Source: Takakia lepidozioides (taxonomy: Eukaryota; Plantae; Bryophyta). From it: DNA of 64,000 nucleotides. Under the pieces are notes generated by a model, which worked only from the letters and a program-made list of their open reading frames with translations, was not told the DNA's origin and did not search any database. The stretch's first letter is position 1; each line of letters begins with the position of its first letter. Shown here in pieces: positions 38,523 to 49,367 of the stretch. The translations under genes were made by a program, and so were the position numbers. The stretch covers positions 37,448,001-37,512,000 of the forward strand of contig CM060733.1 in assembly GCA_030704615.1 (NCBI GenBank). The letters run 5' to 3'.

Positions 38523-38965
38523 TTACGAGTAATCCCCACAAGAACAAACCCCATCTTGGAAGTCGTGAAAACACTTGGGATCCCGTATAACAACTGCTCG
38601 CCCAATAGTTTTTGAGATGAACTTGGTGGCAGTGTGGTAGTCACCACACACCCCAAGAGTCTTGATGATGCAAATAGGTGCACAAGAGGGTGTACTGATC
38701 AGCCCAAAAGCACTGGCCGGCTTCTCACCATGGTGGCAAAGGGAAAATGCATTTTGCTCCAACTTAGTAACACACCAACTTAGTAATACATCATGTAACA
38801 CAAAGCGTGTGCCAGGCACATATCCAGCCGCCTTCATCTGTTCAGGCAACGACTCCAACTTAGTAAGAATTTCCTTAATTTGTGGATGAACTTTGTCTCC
38901 TACAACAAATATATGTACCTGGTTGTCAACCTCAATGCAGCTGTGTGGCCTGGCTCCATTCTCTC
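38523..38965 (-). pseudogene. Detached, degenerate E+/DYW domain of the PPR gene
   Basis: SCIEVDNQVHIFVVGDKVHPQ..MKAAGYVP..HHGEKPA..VCGDYH..RDPKCFHDFQDGVCSCGDYS. HSE is HGE, CxDC is CGDY and DYW is DYS. Confidence 0.85.
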
Positions 38966-39138
38966 AGACGCTAGCATGCAAAACTCCACTTGTGTTTGTC
39001 CGCCGTGACCACTTTAATGAAGAGCCTTTCCTGAGAAAGATGCCAGAGGTACTCTGACACCTCTCTGTTATATCCACTTGTGTTTTAACTAAAGACTGTG
39101 TGCAACTTTCCGTAGGTATTGAGGACTTCCATGAAGAA

Positions 39139-40803
39139 CTACATCAGACACATGCCCGTGTGGAGGCAAATGACTCCAGCATGCAATAGATCACTCTCAA
39201 GAATGCGTTTAGCCGTACATTCTGCAAGCTTCACATCACCATGAACTCTGCAGGCACTAAGCAAGGCCCCCCAGACTGAGGCATCTGGCTCGACTGGCAT
39301 TTTTCTAATGAATTCCTCTGCCCCATCCAATTGCCCTGCACGGCCAAGAAGGTCCACCATGCAGCAAAAATGCTCCAGTGTCGGTGTGAGGCCAGGATAA
39401 CTAGTCATAGAATTGAAGTAGTGATGCCCTTCATCCACTAAGCCTGCATGGCTACATGCAGAGAGAAGAGATATAAAGGTGACATTGTTTGGCTTCAAAC
39501 CTCCTAGTTGCATTTGCTCAAATAGTTGCAGTGCATCCCTACCACACCCATGCTGACCATATCCTGTGATCATTGCACTCCACGATATGACATCCCGTTC
39601 AGCCATGTTGTCAAAGAATTGACGAGCATCTCTTACACTGCCACACTTGGCGTACATGTCAAGCAGGGCGTTCTCCAAATTTAGAGATGTCATAATTCCA
39701 GCTTTCATTATGTCAGCATGGAACCCCTTGCCCTCTTCCAGGGCTCCTAGGCTGGCACATGCATTGAGGACGGAAATGAATGTGACCATGTTGGGCATCA
39801 CACCTTCCTGTTGCATTTGCTTGTAGATCTTGAGAGCCTCCCTTTGACAATTCTGCTGAGAATACCCTGCAATCATTGCACTCCACGAAATTACATCCCG
39901 CTTGGCCATTTTATCAAACACTTGACTCGCATTCTCAACACTCCCACATTTGGCATACATGTCAACAAGAGCATTCTGCAGAATGACATCTGGGGTAATG
40001 CCAGCTTTAACGATGTCAGCATGGACCTGTTTGCCTCTTTCCAGAGCTCCTAGGCTGGCACATGCATTCAAAATGCAAGTGAATGTGACCCTATTGGGCA
40101 TCACCCCTTCCTGTTGCATCTGCTCATAGATCTTCAAAGCTTCCCTCCCACACCCAAGCTGGGCATATCCTGCAATCACCACACTCCATGTGACCACATT
40201 CCGTTTAGCCATATTGCTGAACACCTGACCTGCATCCTTCATGTTCCCACATTTGGCATACATGTCAACAAGGGCAGTCTCCAGAATGTTATTAGATGAA
40301 ATCCCACTCTTGATGATGTCGGCATGGACCTGCTTGCCCTTCTCGAGGGTTCTCAGGCTGGCACACGCATTGAGGACACAAATGAAAGTGACCCTGTTGG
40401 GCGCCACCCCTTCCAGTTGCATTTGGTCATAGATCCTGAGAGCTTCCTTGCCACACCCATGCTTGGAATATCCTGCAATCATTATAGTCCATGTAAACAC
40501 ATCTCGGTCACGCATTCCTTCGAACACTTGGCGTGCGTCCACCAGACTCCCACTCTTGGCATACATGTTGACAAGGGTGTTGAGTTGGACGATGTTGGGC
40601 TTGGATCCACTTTGGATAATGTGGGCATATACCTGCTCTCCTGTTCTGTGTTGTCCCACGACGGTGAAGGATCTGAGAGGAACTCCAGCCAAAGCTGTTC
40701 TCCGCCCATTGCATGACCTGAATGCAAACATATTCACACCAGAAATGCTCACTGCACAGCTCCTCATTTCATTTGCTTCCCCTCTCTCATGACCTCCATG
40801 CAA
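39139..40803 (-). CDS. PLS-class pentatricopeptide repeat protein (organellar RNA-editing factor type), truncated within the E domain
   Basis: 554-aa ORF of ~101-aa P-L-S triplets (LVDMYAKCG, RDVISWSAMIAGY, PNRVTF..LNACA) followed by MVDLLGRAG..WGALLSACRVHG. The ORF then runs into unrelated sequence and stops. Confidence 0.88.
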   Translation of the reverse strand: MHGGHERGEANEMRSCAVSISGVNMFAFRSCNGRRTALAGVPLRSFTVVGQHRTGEQVYAHIIQSGSKPNIVQLNTLVNMYAKSGSLVDARQVFEGMRDRDVFTWTIMIAGYSKHGCGKEALRIYDQMQLEGVAPNRVTFICVLNACASLRTLEKGKQVHADIIKSGISSNNILETALVDMYAKCGNMKDAGQVFSNMAKRNVVTWSVVIAGYAQLGCGREALKIYEQMQQEGVMPNRVTFTCILNACASLGALERGKQVHADIVKAGITPDVILQNALVDMYAKCGSVENASQVFDKMAKRDVISWSAMIAGYSQQNCQREALKIYKQMQQEGVMPNMVTFISVLNACASLGALEEGKGFHADIMKAGIMTSLNLENALLDMYAKCGSVRDARQFFDNMAERDVISWSAMITGYGQHGCGRDALQLFEQMQLGGLKPNNVTFISLLSACSHAGLVDEGHHYFNSMTSYPGLTPTLEHFCCMVDLLGRAGQLDGAEEFIRKMPVEPDASVWGALLSACRVHGDVKLAECTAKRILESDLLHAGVICLHTGMCLM

Positions 40804-41218
40804 ACAGATTCACATCAGAGATGCTACAGCTCCTCATGTCGTTTGCTTCCCCTCTCTCCTTCCTCCCTCTTTAACTTAAAATTTTTCAGAGCGAGCGTGC
40901 ACAAGGCACACCAACTTAATGCACACACACGTGCGATCGATCACTGACAGGACGGTTTCTGGCCTATTCCCCGCCTCCCTTCAGGAGTGACATTGAACAG
41001 GGTGACACTAAGACGAATGTTGCTCCAATCGGGTGAAGCCGAAGGGAGTGTCACTCCACGTTCGTTTTGTCCGGTCGCTAGTCTGGAACGGCCCTTATAT
41101 ATCCGTCGGCATCAGAAAGCGTTGCATCAACGATTGGCAAGCGAGAAGGAAGACAGTGATCAAGGATCAGAAAAAGTGCGGAGCAGTTTGGCTCTGTCAC
41201 TCCCATCTCGCTCACAGA

Positions 41219-42378
41219 CACTTACCATCAACTGCAGACTGCAGCAACGTGTTTTGAAGTTTCAACTGCACCACATAGCTCTCCAGCATTTTGACGTAGG
41301 CCACATCGCAGGGCTGATTCCAGTTTCTACCTCGTTGACCCAGTAAGGCACTGCAACCTCATCCGATGCTCCCAGTGGAGCTTCGTGTTCCGCGGCTGGA
41401 TGTGCACTTAGTGTGGAGCCTTGCTTCCTAGCAGACTTTGACTCGCATAAGGTAATGTGAGTTGCCCGAACCAATCAATTTCTTATCATTGCTGGGTGTA
41501 TCCGTGAGACTCAGTTTCCGTTTCGCATGAAGCTTTCATCTAGGTAGATCATTGCAGATTTCTTTGTCCTTATGAAGCTCCTTCTCTCCATCCAGCTGCA
41601 CAGAGGGATCCTCGCTGCTGACAGATGTAAGAGGAATATTATTTGCCATTGCCTGCATGCACATCCTCATGAGGGATGGTGGGATTGAGGAGCAAGGTAG
41701 TGTGAGGTTGTCCTTCATAGGTGCTGTGGACGCCTCTTCAGTCTTCTTCATAGACTGTTTCAGAACGGTTCGAAGAGAATGCAACCATCTGCGGTAACCT
41801 CTTGTCATGTTTGAGTTCAGAGAACAGAGAGTGTGCTGAATTTTCTTCACAGTCAGTCGAGTTGTCTTTTCTGTCCTTTGCAGGCTGCCCGCATGGAAAT
41901 TCCAAGGGTCTTTTGCGTGTTATAGGTGGCTGGAGGATCACACGTGATTCGAACTTCATATCTGTGCTCCCTTGTGATAGCAGCATAGAATTCCCGGGTG
42001 ATGGAGATGACTGGTTTTCCTCTTGGGAAAGCTAAGTGGCATTTTTTGTACCTCTCTCTCATGCAGACTAGCCTCGTTATTTGTTGTACTCAGCAAGGTC
42101 CTTTCTTGCTTCTTATGCTCCTGGGAGGTGTCTGAGAAAATTATATTAGACTGAAACTTTGGATTCATGTTCGGCCTCTGTAACTGGCTTGTTGCTGATT
42201 CTATGTCATCAAATCTGAGCCTGGCTTCCTTTGCAACACTGCTTTGCATTTTGGTTTCAAGTTTTGCTTTTGCAGCCAAGTCTTGTGGTGGTTCAAGGAA
42301 TGGTACACTGAAAGGCAATTGAGTTGGCTTCTTCTTTCCTCCTGTGTCACCTGATAAGCTCGAAGCCAAACATGACAA
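41219..42378 (-). pseudogene. Possible fragmented gene of unknown function
   Basis: Overlapping same-strand ORFs (41956-42378, 41738-41986, 41536-41850) with protein-like composition, ending in DVAYVKMLESYVVQL. No family was recognised. Confidence 0.3.
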
Positions 42379-42870
42379 TGATTACTGAACAACTTCGGGG
42401 TCAGACATTCCCTTTTATTAGAGTGATCAGCAATGTGGAACATTGGTTGAAGAAAGAAGAAAGAAACACGGTGATGTGTGGGTTGGTTTAGCAGACCGGA
42501 CTAGCACCCAAACCATCTACCAGTGTGCCCATTTTGCATATTGGCAGCATGTTTCCATAGAAAAAGACTAGCCTTGCTAACTTCAAGTGAACGTCAGAGG
42601 AATTAGGACCCAGTAGTTAAGCCAGGGCAAATGCTTGAGGTGAAGTTGTAGTAGAAGACTCGAGCAAAAAACATTGTTTCCAAGGAAAAGTATTATACAG
42701 TTGTTTGACTGAGTCTGAATAGAATGGGACACAGGCTACCACTGGGCCGCCTCATATCCTCCCTTAACTCTGCAGACTCTCAAGAAGTTTGATTATACCA
42801 AAAGCCCTACCTGCCTAGCAACCAAGCTAAACCAGCTAAGCTTGCTGGAGAATACCCTTGTGGAGGGTGA

Positions 42871-45800
42871 TTACCCCCGGCTACTGCAGAGAGTTGCTCT
42901 CCCCTTTCCTTTGGGCAGTTTGCAGGCGCCAGAATCTTCAACATCTTTGAGCTTGTAGTAGTGGGGCGCAATCTCAACCAACCACTCTGGCTTGATCTCA
43001 ATCACCTGTCGCATGAACTCCTTTGTGGTTAGAACAAGCTCATTGTAAACCACCCACCTTGCAGGCATCACCTTACACAGACCTGAACTTGGGTGTATGC
43101 TCACTGTTTGTGGATTCTTGATAGTGCAATATGATCCATTCTTTTGCAGCTTTGCTGTGTGATGAAAGAAGCCAGAAGTGATGGCCTTCTTTATGGCCTC
43201 AAGGTCATGTGGATTGGAAATAAGCTTGATATCCACGCGCTCCATAAGACCTACTAATTGGTCCCTGATGTTACGTGCTCGCTTCATACTCCGCACTTGA
43301 ATGTAATTTGCATAACACCATTGTGTAGAGTAATTCGTTTCCATCCATGTGTTGTACACCTTGAGGAGGGCAAGATGGTCGCCAACGTTCCCTGCATGGA
43401 AATTCATGTGTGCATTGTCAGCGTGCACTTGCTTGTTCTTGGGGCGGTAGAAAATAGAGTTTCCTGTAGAAAGCATGGCACATATGGTTACAATCTCCTC
43501 TGAGCATTGAAACTGATCTGAAGCGATCAACATCTTGGAGAGCATTGGGTCCAGTGGAAACTCCGCCATCCGCCTCCCTGTCTTTGTCAACTCCCCGCGG
43601 TCATTCAACGCACCGAGAGCATAGAGCTGCTCTAAAGCCCTGAAAAGTGTTTCAGCTGGAGGGGGGTCCATGAAGTCAAAGTTGATCGGCTCATGGATGC
43701 CCAATGTCTTCAGTAATAAGACCACATTACCCAAATTCGTTCTTTGAACTTCAGGTATTGTGTTCTCGTCCATTTCATTTCTGAATGACCACTTAGTGTA
43801 CAGACGATAACATCTTCCAGCAGAGGTGCGACCGACCCGACCAGCACGTTGTTGAGCCGCAGACTGAGAGATAGAAGTAACGGTAAGCGACTCCATACCA
43901 GAGCGAGGATTGTAGCTTTTTTGCTTACAGAAGCCGGGGTCTATGACATAGCGGATACCATCGATTGTAAGAGAGGTTTCTGCAATGTTGGTAGCCAGAA
44001 CAACCTTTCGAGTCCCCTCGGGAGATTCTTCAAAAATCTTTGCCTGCATTTCTGGAGGAAGATTTGCATAAATAGGCAGTATTATGATTTCTGAAATATT
44101 TGAACCAAGACCTCTAATCCTATGTTTCAGCATCTCTTCCATTGCTTCAATCTCCTCTTGACCTGGAAGGAAAACCAGAACGTCGCCTGTAGGTTCTTCG
44201 ATGTGGATCTGTAGGATTGTCATTATTGCTCCTTCTATAGAGCCCGCCGGTTCTGGTGTTTTTGCATAGAAGATTTCTACCGGAAAACGTCTACCTGGTA
44301 TACGAAAAATGGGTGCATCGTCAAAATAGGCAGAGAACTTCGTTGCATCCAAAGTAGCACTTGAGATCAGCAATTTGATATCCGTCCGAAACCGTGTGAT
44401 ATCCTTGAGAAGACCAAACAAGATATCTGTCGACAGGGTCCGCTCATGTGCCTCATCAATTATCATGACACTGTAGCTGGCTAGATCGGGTTCACTCAGA
44501 ATTTCCCGCAGAAGCATGCCGTCTGTCATGTACTTGATAATTGTAGCTTCTGAAGTGCAGTCCTCAAAACGGATGGAGTACCCAACCTCACGACCCAGTT
44601 TGACCGACATCTCTTGAGCTACACGAGCGGAGACACTCATGGCAGCCACCCTTCGAGGTTGTGTGCAACCTATTTTTCCAAGCTTACTGTACCCTGCTTC
44701 GTGAAGGTATTGGGGGATTTGAGTAGTCTTTCCACAGCCTGTTTCTCCTTCGATCACAAGAACTTGGTGATGTTTTATTGCATCGAGGAGTTGATCCTTG
44801 TACATATATATTGGTGTTGTCTTCCGATTCTCTAGAAGCTTGTGTGCGGTCTTTGCAGCTGTTGATCTCACTTCTTCATTTATTTCTAAATCTTCCTCAA
44901 CCTCGTGTCCAACCATGGTAGAAGCATGGATGAAATCAACCTGGTTGTCAAACACAAACTCATAATTATCTCCGCTCCTCTTGCTATTATGAGCTCCAAA
45001 CCTGAGGGTCCCTTTATCTCTTTGTTGTTCCTCCCACGATTCTTGTTCAGCAAATCTGTTGATTTTTCCATCCTTGTCCACATTCCTAATAAAATCTAAA
45101 GCACAATCAAATTTTATGCTCCTTCTGTCGTATTCCACAGGCATTCGATACTCCTCAATATCGTTCACATCCTTTGCACGGTGTTTTGCAAGCTCATAAA
45201 CTTCCTTCTTGTACGAATATTTTGCCTGCTCTTTGGTTGTCAGTTTTTTATCTCCAAATAAAAGCTCTTCATCAATCAACTCATCCTTGAGCATTTGCAA
45301 CTTCTTTGCCTCTCTCACTTTCAAGTACTCTTGTCTCGACTTTTCCCTTAGCGTAGGCAGAAGTTCGTTTCGTCCGTGAGCTTCTCCTTTTCGTCTCGCT
45401 TCCTCTACTTGTCTTTTCGACAACCTAAAACACTCTACGTTTCTTAGGGTACCGATATCCTTCTCATACAAACGCTTTTCCAACTCCTCCTCACATTGAT
45501 CCTCCTCTCGAACTCTTTTCCTTCCCGCCTCTTCACCATCATTTCCCTCCAGTTTCACCCGCCTGCTCCGACCCCGTTTCATGGGCCGCGCAGTGTCCTC
45601 GTCTACATCCTCTTCACCTTTTCTGCGACTGCTCCCGACGTTCTTCCCCACGTAGCCTACGTCCACCACAACTCTGGCAACCTCTGCCCGTTCAACATCA
45701 TCGGCATCCAACATATCAGACTGCGCACTCGAACCACCGACTTTGCATAACATGTGTCTATGCAAATTCTCGGCAAACGTCTGAGTACCTTTTGAAACAG

Positions 45801-45954
45801 GGAACTCGTAATTCTGCAAGTGATCGATTAGGTCTTTCACGGATTCGGTCTTCTCTGCTATTCTCATCACAAATTGAATCACGGTCGGTGTGTTGTAGCC
45901 CAGCAGTTTTAGCAACCAGTCTCCGATCCACCTGCGTGTCTCTTTGTCGTCCAT
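42871..45954 (-). CDS. Intronless DEAH-box pre-mRNA splicing RNA helicase, Prp2/DHX16 (ESP3/DEAH1)-like
   Basis: 1027-aa ORF with a PWI-like N-terminus, SRQEYLK..KKL, GETGCGKTTQIPQYL, TQPRRVAAMSV, DEAHER, SAT, LATNIAETSLTI, QRAGRVGR, HA2 and OB-fold ending WLVEIAPHYY. Confidence 0.95.
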   Translation of the reverse strand: MDDKETRRWIGDWLLKLLGYNTPTVIQFVMRIAEKTESVKDLIDHLQNYEFPVSKGTQTFAENLHRHMLCKVGGSSAQSDMLDADDVERAEVARVVVDVGYVGKNVGSSRRKGEEDVDEDTARPMKRGRSRRVKLEGNDGEEAGRKRVREEDQCEEELEKRLYEKDIGTLRNVECFRLSKRQVEEARRKGEAHGRNELLPTLREKSRQEYLKVREAKKLQMLKDELIDEELLFGDKKLTTKEQAKYSYKKEVYELAKHRAKDVNDIEEYRMPVEYDRRSIKFDCALDFIRNVDKDGKINRFAEQESWEEQQRDKGTLRFGAHNSKRSGDNYEFVFDNQVDFIHASTMVGHEVEEDLEINEEVRSTAAKTAHKLLENRKTTPIYMYKDQLLDAIKHHQVLVIEGETGCGKTTQIPQYLHEAGYSKLGKIGCTQPRRVAAMSVSARVAQEMSVKLGREVGYSIRFEDCTSEATIIKYMTDGMLLREILSEPDLASYSVMIIDEAHERTLSTDILFGLLKDITRFRTDIKLLISSATLDATKFSAYFDDAPIFRIPGRRFPVEIFYAKTPEPAGSIEGAIMTILQIHIEEPTGDVLVFLPGQEEIEAMEEMLKHRIRGLGSNISEIIILPIYANLPPEMQAKIFEESPEGTRKVVLATNIAETSLTIDGIRYVIDPGFCKQKSYNPRSGMESLTVTSISQSAAQQRAGRVGRTSAGRCYRLYTKWSFRNEMDENTIPEVQRTNLGNVVLLLKTLGIHEPINFDFMDPPPAETLFRALEQLYALGALNDRGELTKTGRRMAEFPLDPMLSKMLIASDQFQCSEEIVTICAMLSTGNSIFYRPKNKQVHADNAHMNFHAGNVGDHLALLKVYNTWMETNYSTQWCYANYIQVRSMKRARNIRDQLVGLMERVDIKLISNPHDLEAIKKAITSGFFHHTAKLQKNGSYCTIKNPQTVSIHPSSGLCKVMPARWVVYNELVLTTKEFMRQVIEIKPEWLVEIAPHYYKLKDVEDSGACKLPKGKGRATLCSSRG

Positions 45955-46086
45955 GCCACTCTATCTCCCGTTGACGTCTGTCTTGTTCTACACTGTCAGC
46001 CGCTTGCAGTGACTCAATCCTTGTGACTAAGTTGGTGCTACTTATACTCGACATGAATAAACAAAAGGCGGGAATGATCAAACTTT

Positions 46087-46218
46087 TGCTTTTCTTTTAC
46101 TTTTCTCTTATTTGTCTGTATGTTATTTTTCTTTTCTCTTTAGATCAAACTTTTACTTTTTCTATTATTTGTCTGTCTGTTATTATTCTTTTCTCTTTAG
46201 ATCAAACCTTTACTTTAC
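46087..46218 (+). repeat. Two-copy ~57-bp tandem duplication
   Basis: TTATTT(T)GTCTGT..GTTATT..TCTTTTCTCTTTAGATCAAAC.TTTACTTT occurs twice. Confidence 0.8.
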
Positions 46219-46228
46219 TTATTTTTAG

Positions 46229-47950
46229 TTATTTATTTATTTATTTAAATAAAGGGGAAGAAGCCCTGTGATTCATATTAGAAAGATGTCCTGGAAAAAA
46301 TAACCAAGACAGGAGGCCATAAGGCTTACATCTATGGATAGATTGGATACAACCCCATACCAGCCATCTAGGCCAAGCTTAATTCTAATGCTTATGAACC
46401 CTGAGAGATCAGGAAGCCATGTTCTAGAGGGATCACGAAACTATGGAAGAGCAGCTAATGCTAAAACCCAAGCACTGCCAGAGTGCAGCTTGAGAACAAT
46501 CAGGGGAAAAAGATTTTGCCTAGGAGAGGAAGGGCAAACATGGCTCAGAGGATTGAGCAGCAGGAACAGAGAAGAGCCTTAGATTTAACCAAAATAAGAG
46601 GTGCACTGCATCTAGCAAAAAATCTATCACACTAGCAGGGCTACCATGCAACACAAAAAAAGGAAGTAGTAAAGCACCAAACTATTGCAGGAACCTACTG
46701 ACGAGCCAGAAGCCAGAGCACCAGAATCCTACTCAACGTTTGGCTCTGAGGGGCTCGAAGTTCAAATGAGCACGGATCTTTGAGCCTCTATTCTTCCTAT
46801 GACGCCAATTGATGTCCCATTCTTCAACTTCCGCCGGTGAGGCCCAGTGATTGGGGGAGTCACCAGTTGACTGGAGGTCGGGATGACCAGCAAACTCGCT
46901 CTCCTTCTCGTTTGCAAAGTAATCCAAAAAGCCCGGCGTCAAGTTTGGAGAGAAGGACAGCCTCCTGCTCCTCAAAGCATTTGCATACTGTGCCCAACAA
47001 GACCCCCCACATTTTACGACCTTCTACCAGAAAGTCAAAGAAAAGATTGGGTATAGTAGTTTTAACATTAACAGGCTTGCTATCAAATATCAAAGCACGG
47101 CGTGCCTTCCAGATATGCCAGAGCCCCAGACCTCTTAGAGTATTCCAAACCTGACACATCAGCAGAGATATTGAGCAACATAATAAGAGGATCCATGTAA
47201 TCAAAATCTCGCCAGTTCCTGTACAAGCTATGAACCTTGGACTGCCGCAAAGGGGCAGTTCAAGAAGCAGTGAAGAAAGGATTCACTTTGCCCCAAAGAA
47301 CATGACCTGCACACTTCGTTAGGAGCAAGTTGGGAGAAGGAAAGAGGTGGAATCATGTACAAAGTTTCCACAGGAAGGCCGAGGTCTTGGCAGACCTCTG
47401 CTTCAGCCAAACATCCTTCCAAATAAATTTCCTGGCCCTTACAGAGATAACCATTGGCTCCCATTTGGCTGAAAGTCTGGCAAAGATGGAGAAGGCGTTG
47501 CGTTGCATCTTATAACCTATTTTTTGCCGAACAAGCAAAAAATGGTTTAGTGGTATCCTGAATACACCAAGCCCACTCCCACATTGGAGCTAAGATATTG
47601 GGAGCATAAGAAACCAGAACACAGAAATCGCTTGTCCCCATTGGAGCAGAGTACTAGCTCCATTGTAATTCAGGTTGGAAGCACCCCGAGAGTCAATGAT
47701 CCTAACAGCAAAGGTGGAACCAGCATGGCATGAAATTAAACCCAGAGACACAAGGGAACCATCCAAGTTGGCAATGTGACCAATACCGCTGGCAGCTCTG
47801 TTAAGAACTGTCGTGACATAAATAATGTTGGCTGGGTTGCCCCACAAACAACCCCGCCAAGCCGGGGGAAGCCATTGTTCACGACCAGAGGAGAGAAGAG
47901 GGGACCATCTCAAGTTAACTGCATCCGAAATTACCGGCCATCCCCGGTTA
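46229..47950 (-). mobile_element. Degenerate LINE 3' portion (ORF2 C-terminus with zf-RVT) and (TAAA)n tail
   Basis: CRSCSLGQSESFLHCFLNCPFA (zf-RVT-like), VWNTLRGLGLWHIWKARRALIFD and CLWGNP peptides; (TTTA)n on the plus strand at 46229-46246. Confidence 0.7.
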
Positions 47951-48919
47951 AGAGTTAATGGATGTAATGTAAGGGGAAAACAAGTGCCAATAAAACCCTA
48001 AGGTTTATCAAACGAACGGTGAACGGACGGAGATAAGGTAGAGTCGGAAGGAATGAATGTGGCAAACAGTGATGAATTCATCAAGGGCATGTGCGGATGA
48101 AGAGGATAGGAGAATGGATGACGTTGGGTATTACTTATGTGCTTCATTACGACAACGGATGAATGGATTATGAACGGTCAGCATCAAAGAACGGTTCATC
48201 GGGGGGGGCAGGAGGTGTGCTTTTACTAAGGAGGGCCAACGAGACTGTGGATGAATGAACAGAGATGTTGGATGAAGGTAGAGGAGATGGCGACATGCAG
48301 GACGTTGATGCAATACAGATCAGCGGCTGAGGGGGCGCCGCCCTGAATCAACAGGGTACATGACTAAGCAGATGCTGATAAATACGTTTTGAGCTGAAGG
48401 ATACTATCAAGACCTCATTAGTTGCCACTTGGCCATGTATTAAACACACAGAAGAGAGGTACACCCAAGGCGGGTAATGTGTTTAGTATTAGAATAATCA
48501 GTTGAGCGGTGATCAAAGTGGAGTGGCTCCAACTAAGGGGCTAACCTACTACGTTTTGGAGGGTACAAGGCAAGTAAGCAGAAAGACAACAAAGGGGCAT
48601 TAGCATTCGTAATGATGGGAATCAGGACTATCGGAGAGTGAGTGCAGATGGTAGACTGAGAGAGGAGATGGCCGCGAGAGGGTGGTCTAATCGCGATGGA
48701 CGTTGATACCATGAACTTAGGTAGAGATCAGAGGAGAGATTAGTGTTGTACTCCAGTGACGAGACAATACATATGCACGTTTTGGGTTCGCCCTTGATCA
48801 TAGTATGGCTGCACATTGTGTTGGTTCCAGTTCTTGAGATAGATAGAAGAATCGCAGTTCATTAGAGAGGGCTCTGATGTTTCTACTGGTGGTCGCATTA
48901 GTGAGAGAGAGTACTGAGG

Positions 48920-49107
48920 TGTCGTGCGCATACATATCGCTACACAACTACATCGCTGTCCAAAACCACACAACACATGTGCACGCCACACACTAGTATA
49001 TCATTAGTCCACCACTAGTCTAGCCACTAGTCCAACCACTAGGCTACAACTAGTCAGTCACTAGGCTGCCACTATGCTGCCCACTATGGCAGTCACTAGT
49101 CCACACA
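48920..49107 (-). repeat. LTR segment A, copy 1 (3' end of element)
   Basis: Near-identical to 58446-58621 (few substitutions, one 12-bp indel); begins TGTGTGG and ends CGACA on the coding strand; rich in CACTAG. Confidence 0.95.
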
Positions 49108-49118
49108 ATCGCCCCCCT
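49108..49118 (-). other. Polypurine tract
   Basis: AGGGGGGCGAT on the coding strand immediately precedes the TG of LTR segment A. Confidence 0.75.
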
Positions 49119-49367
49119 AGCTGGTGCTTAGGTCCCTCTAAGTCCAGATAGCCACAAGATGTGATAGTGACCATAGCCTCACTAAGTCCTCCACCACTAT
49201 CCCTACTACACTCAAACTCGATAGATCAAGAGGTCGGGTGCAAGAGTTGCCCCATCGTTAGTCGCCGTCTTGCAACCTGTGAACTTGAGCTTGGGATCTC
49301 ATGTATTGACTCCTATGAGTTTGGCCTCCCATGTCTTGTTAGCTGCCTCCAGTCATGTCCACTGCCA

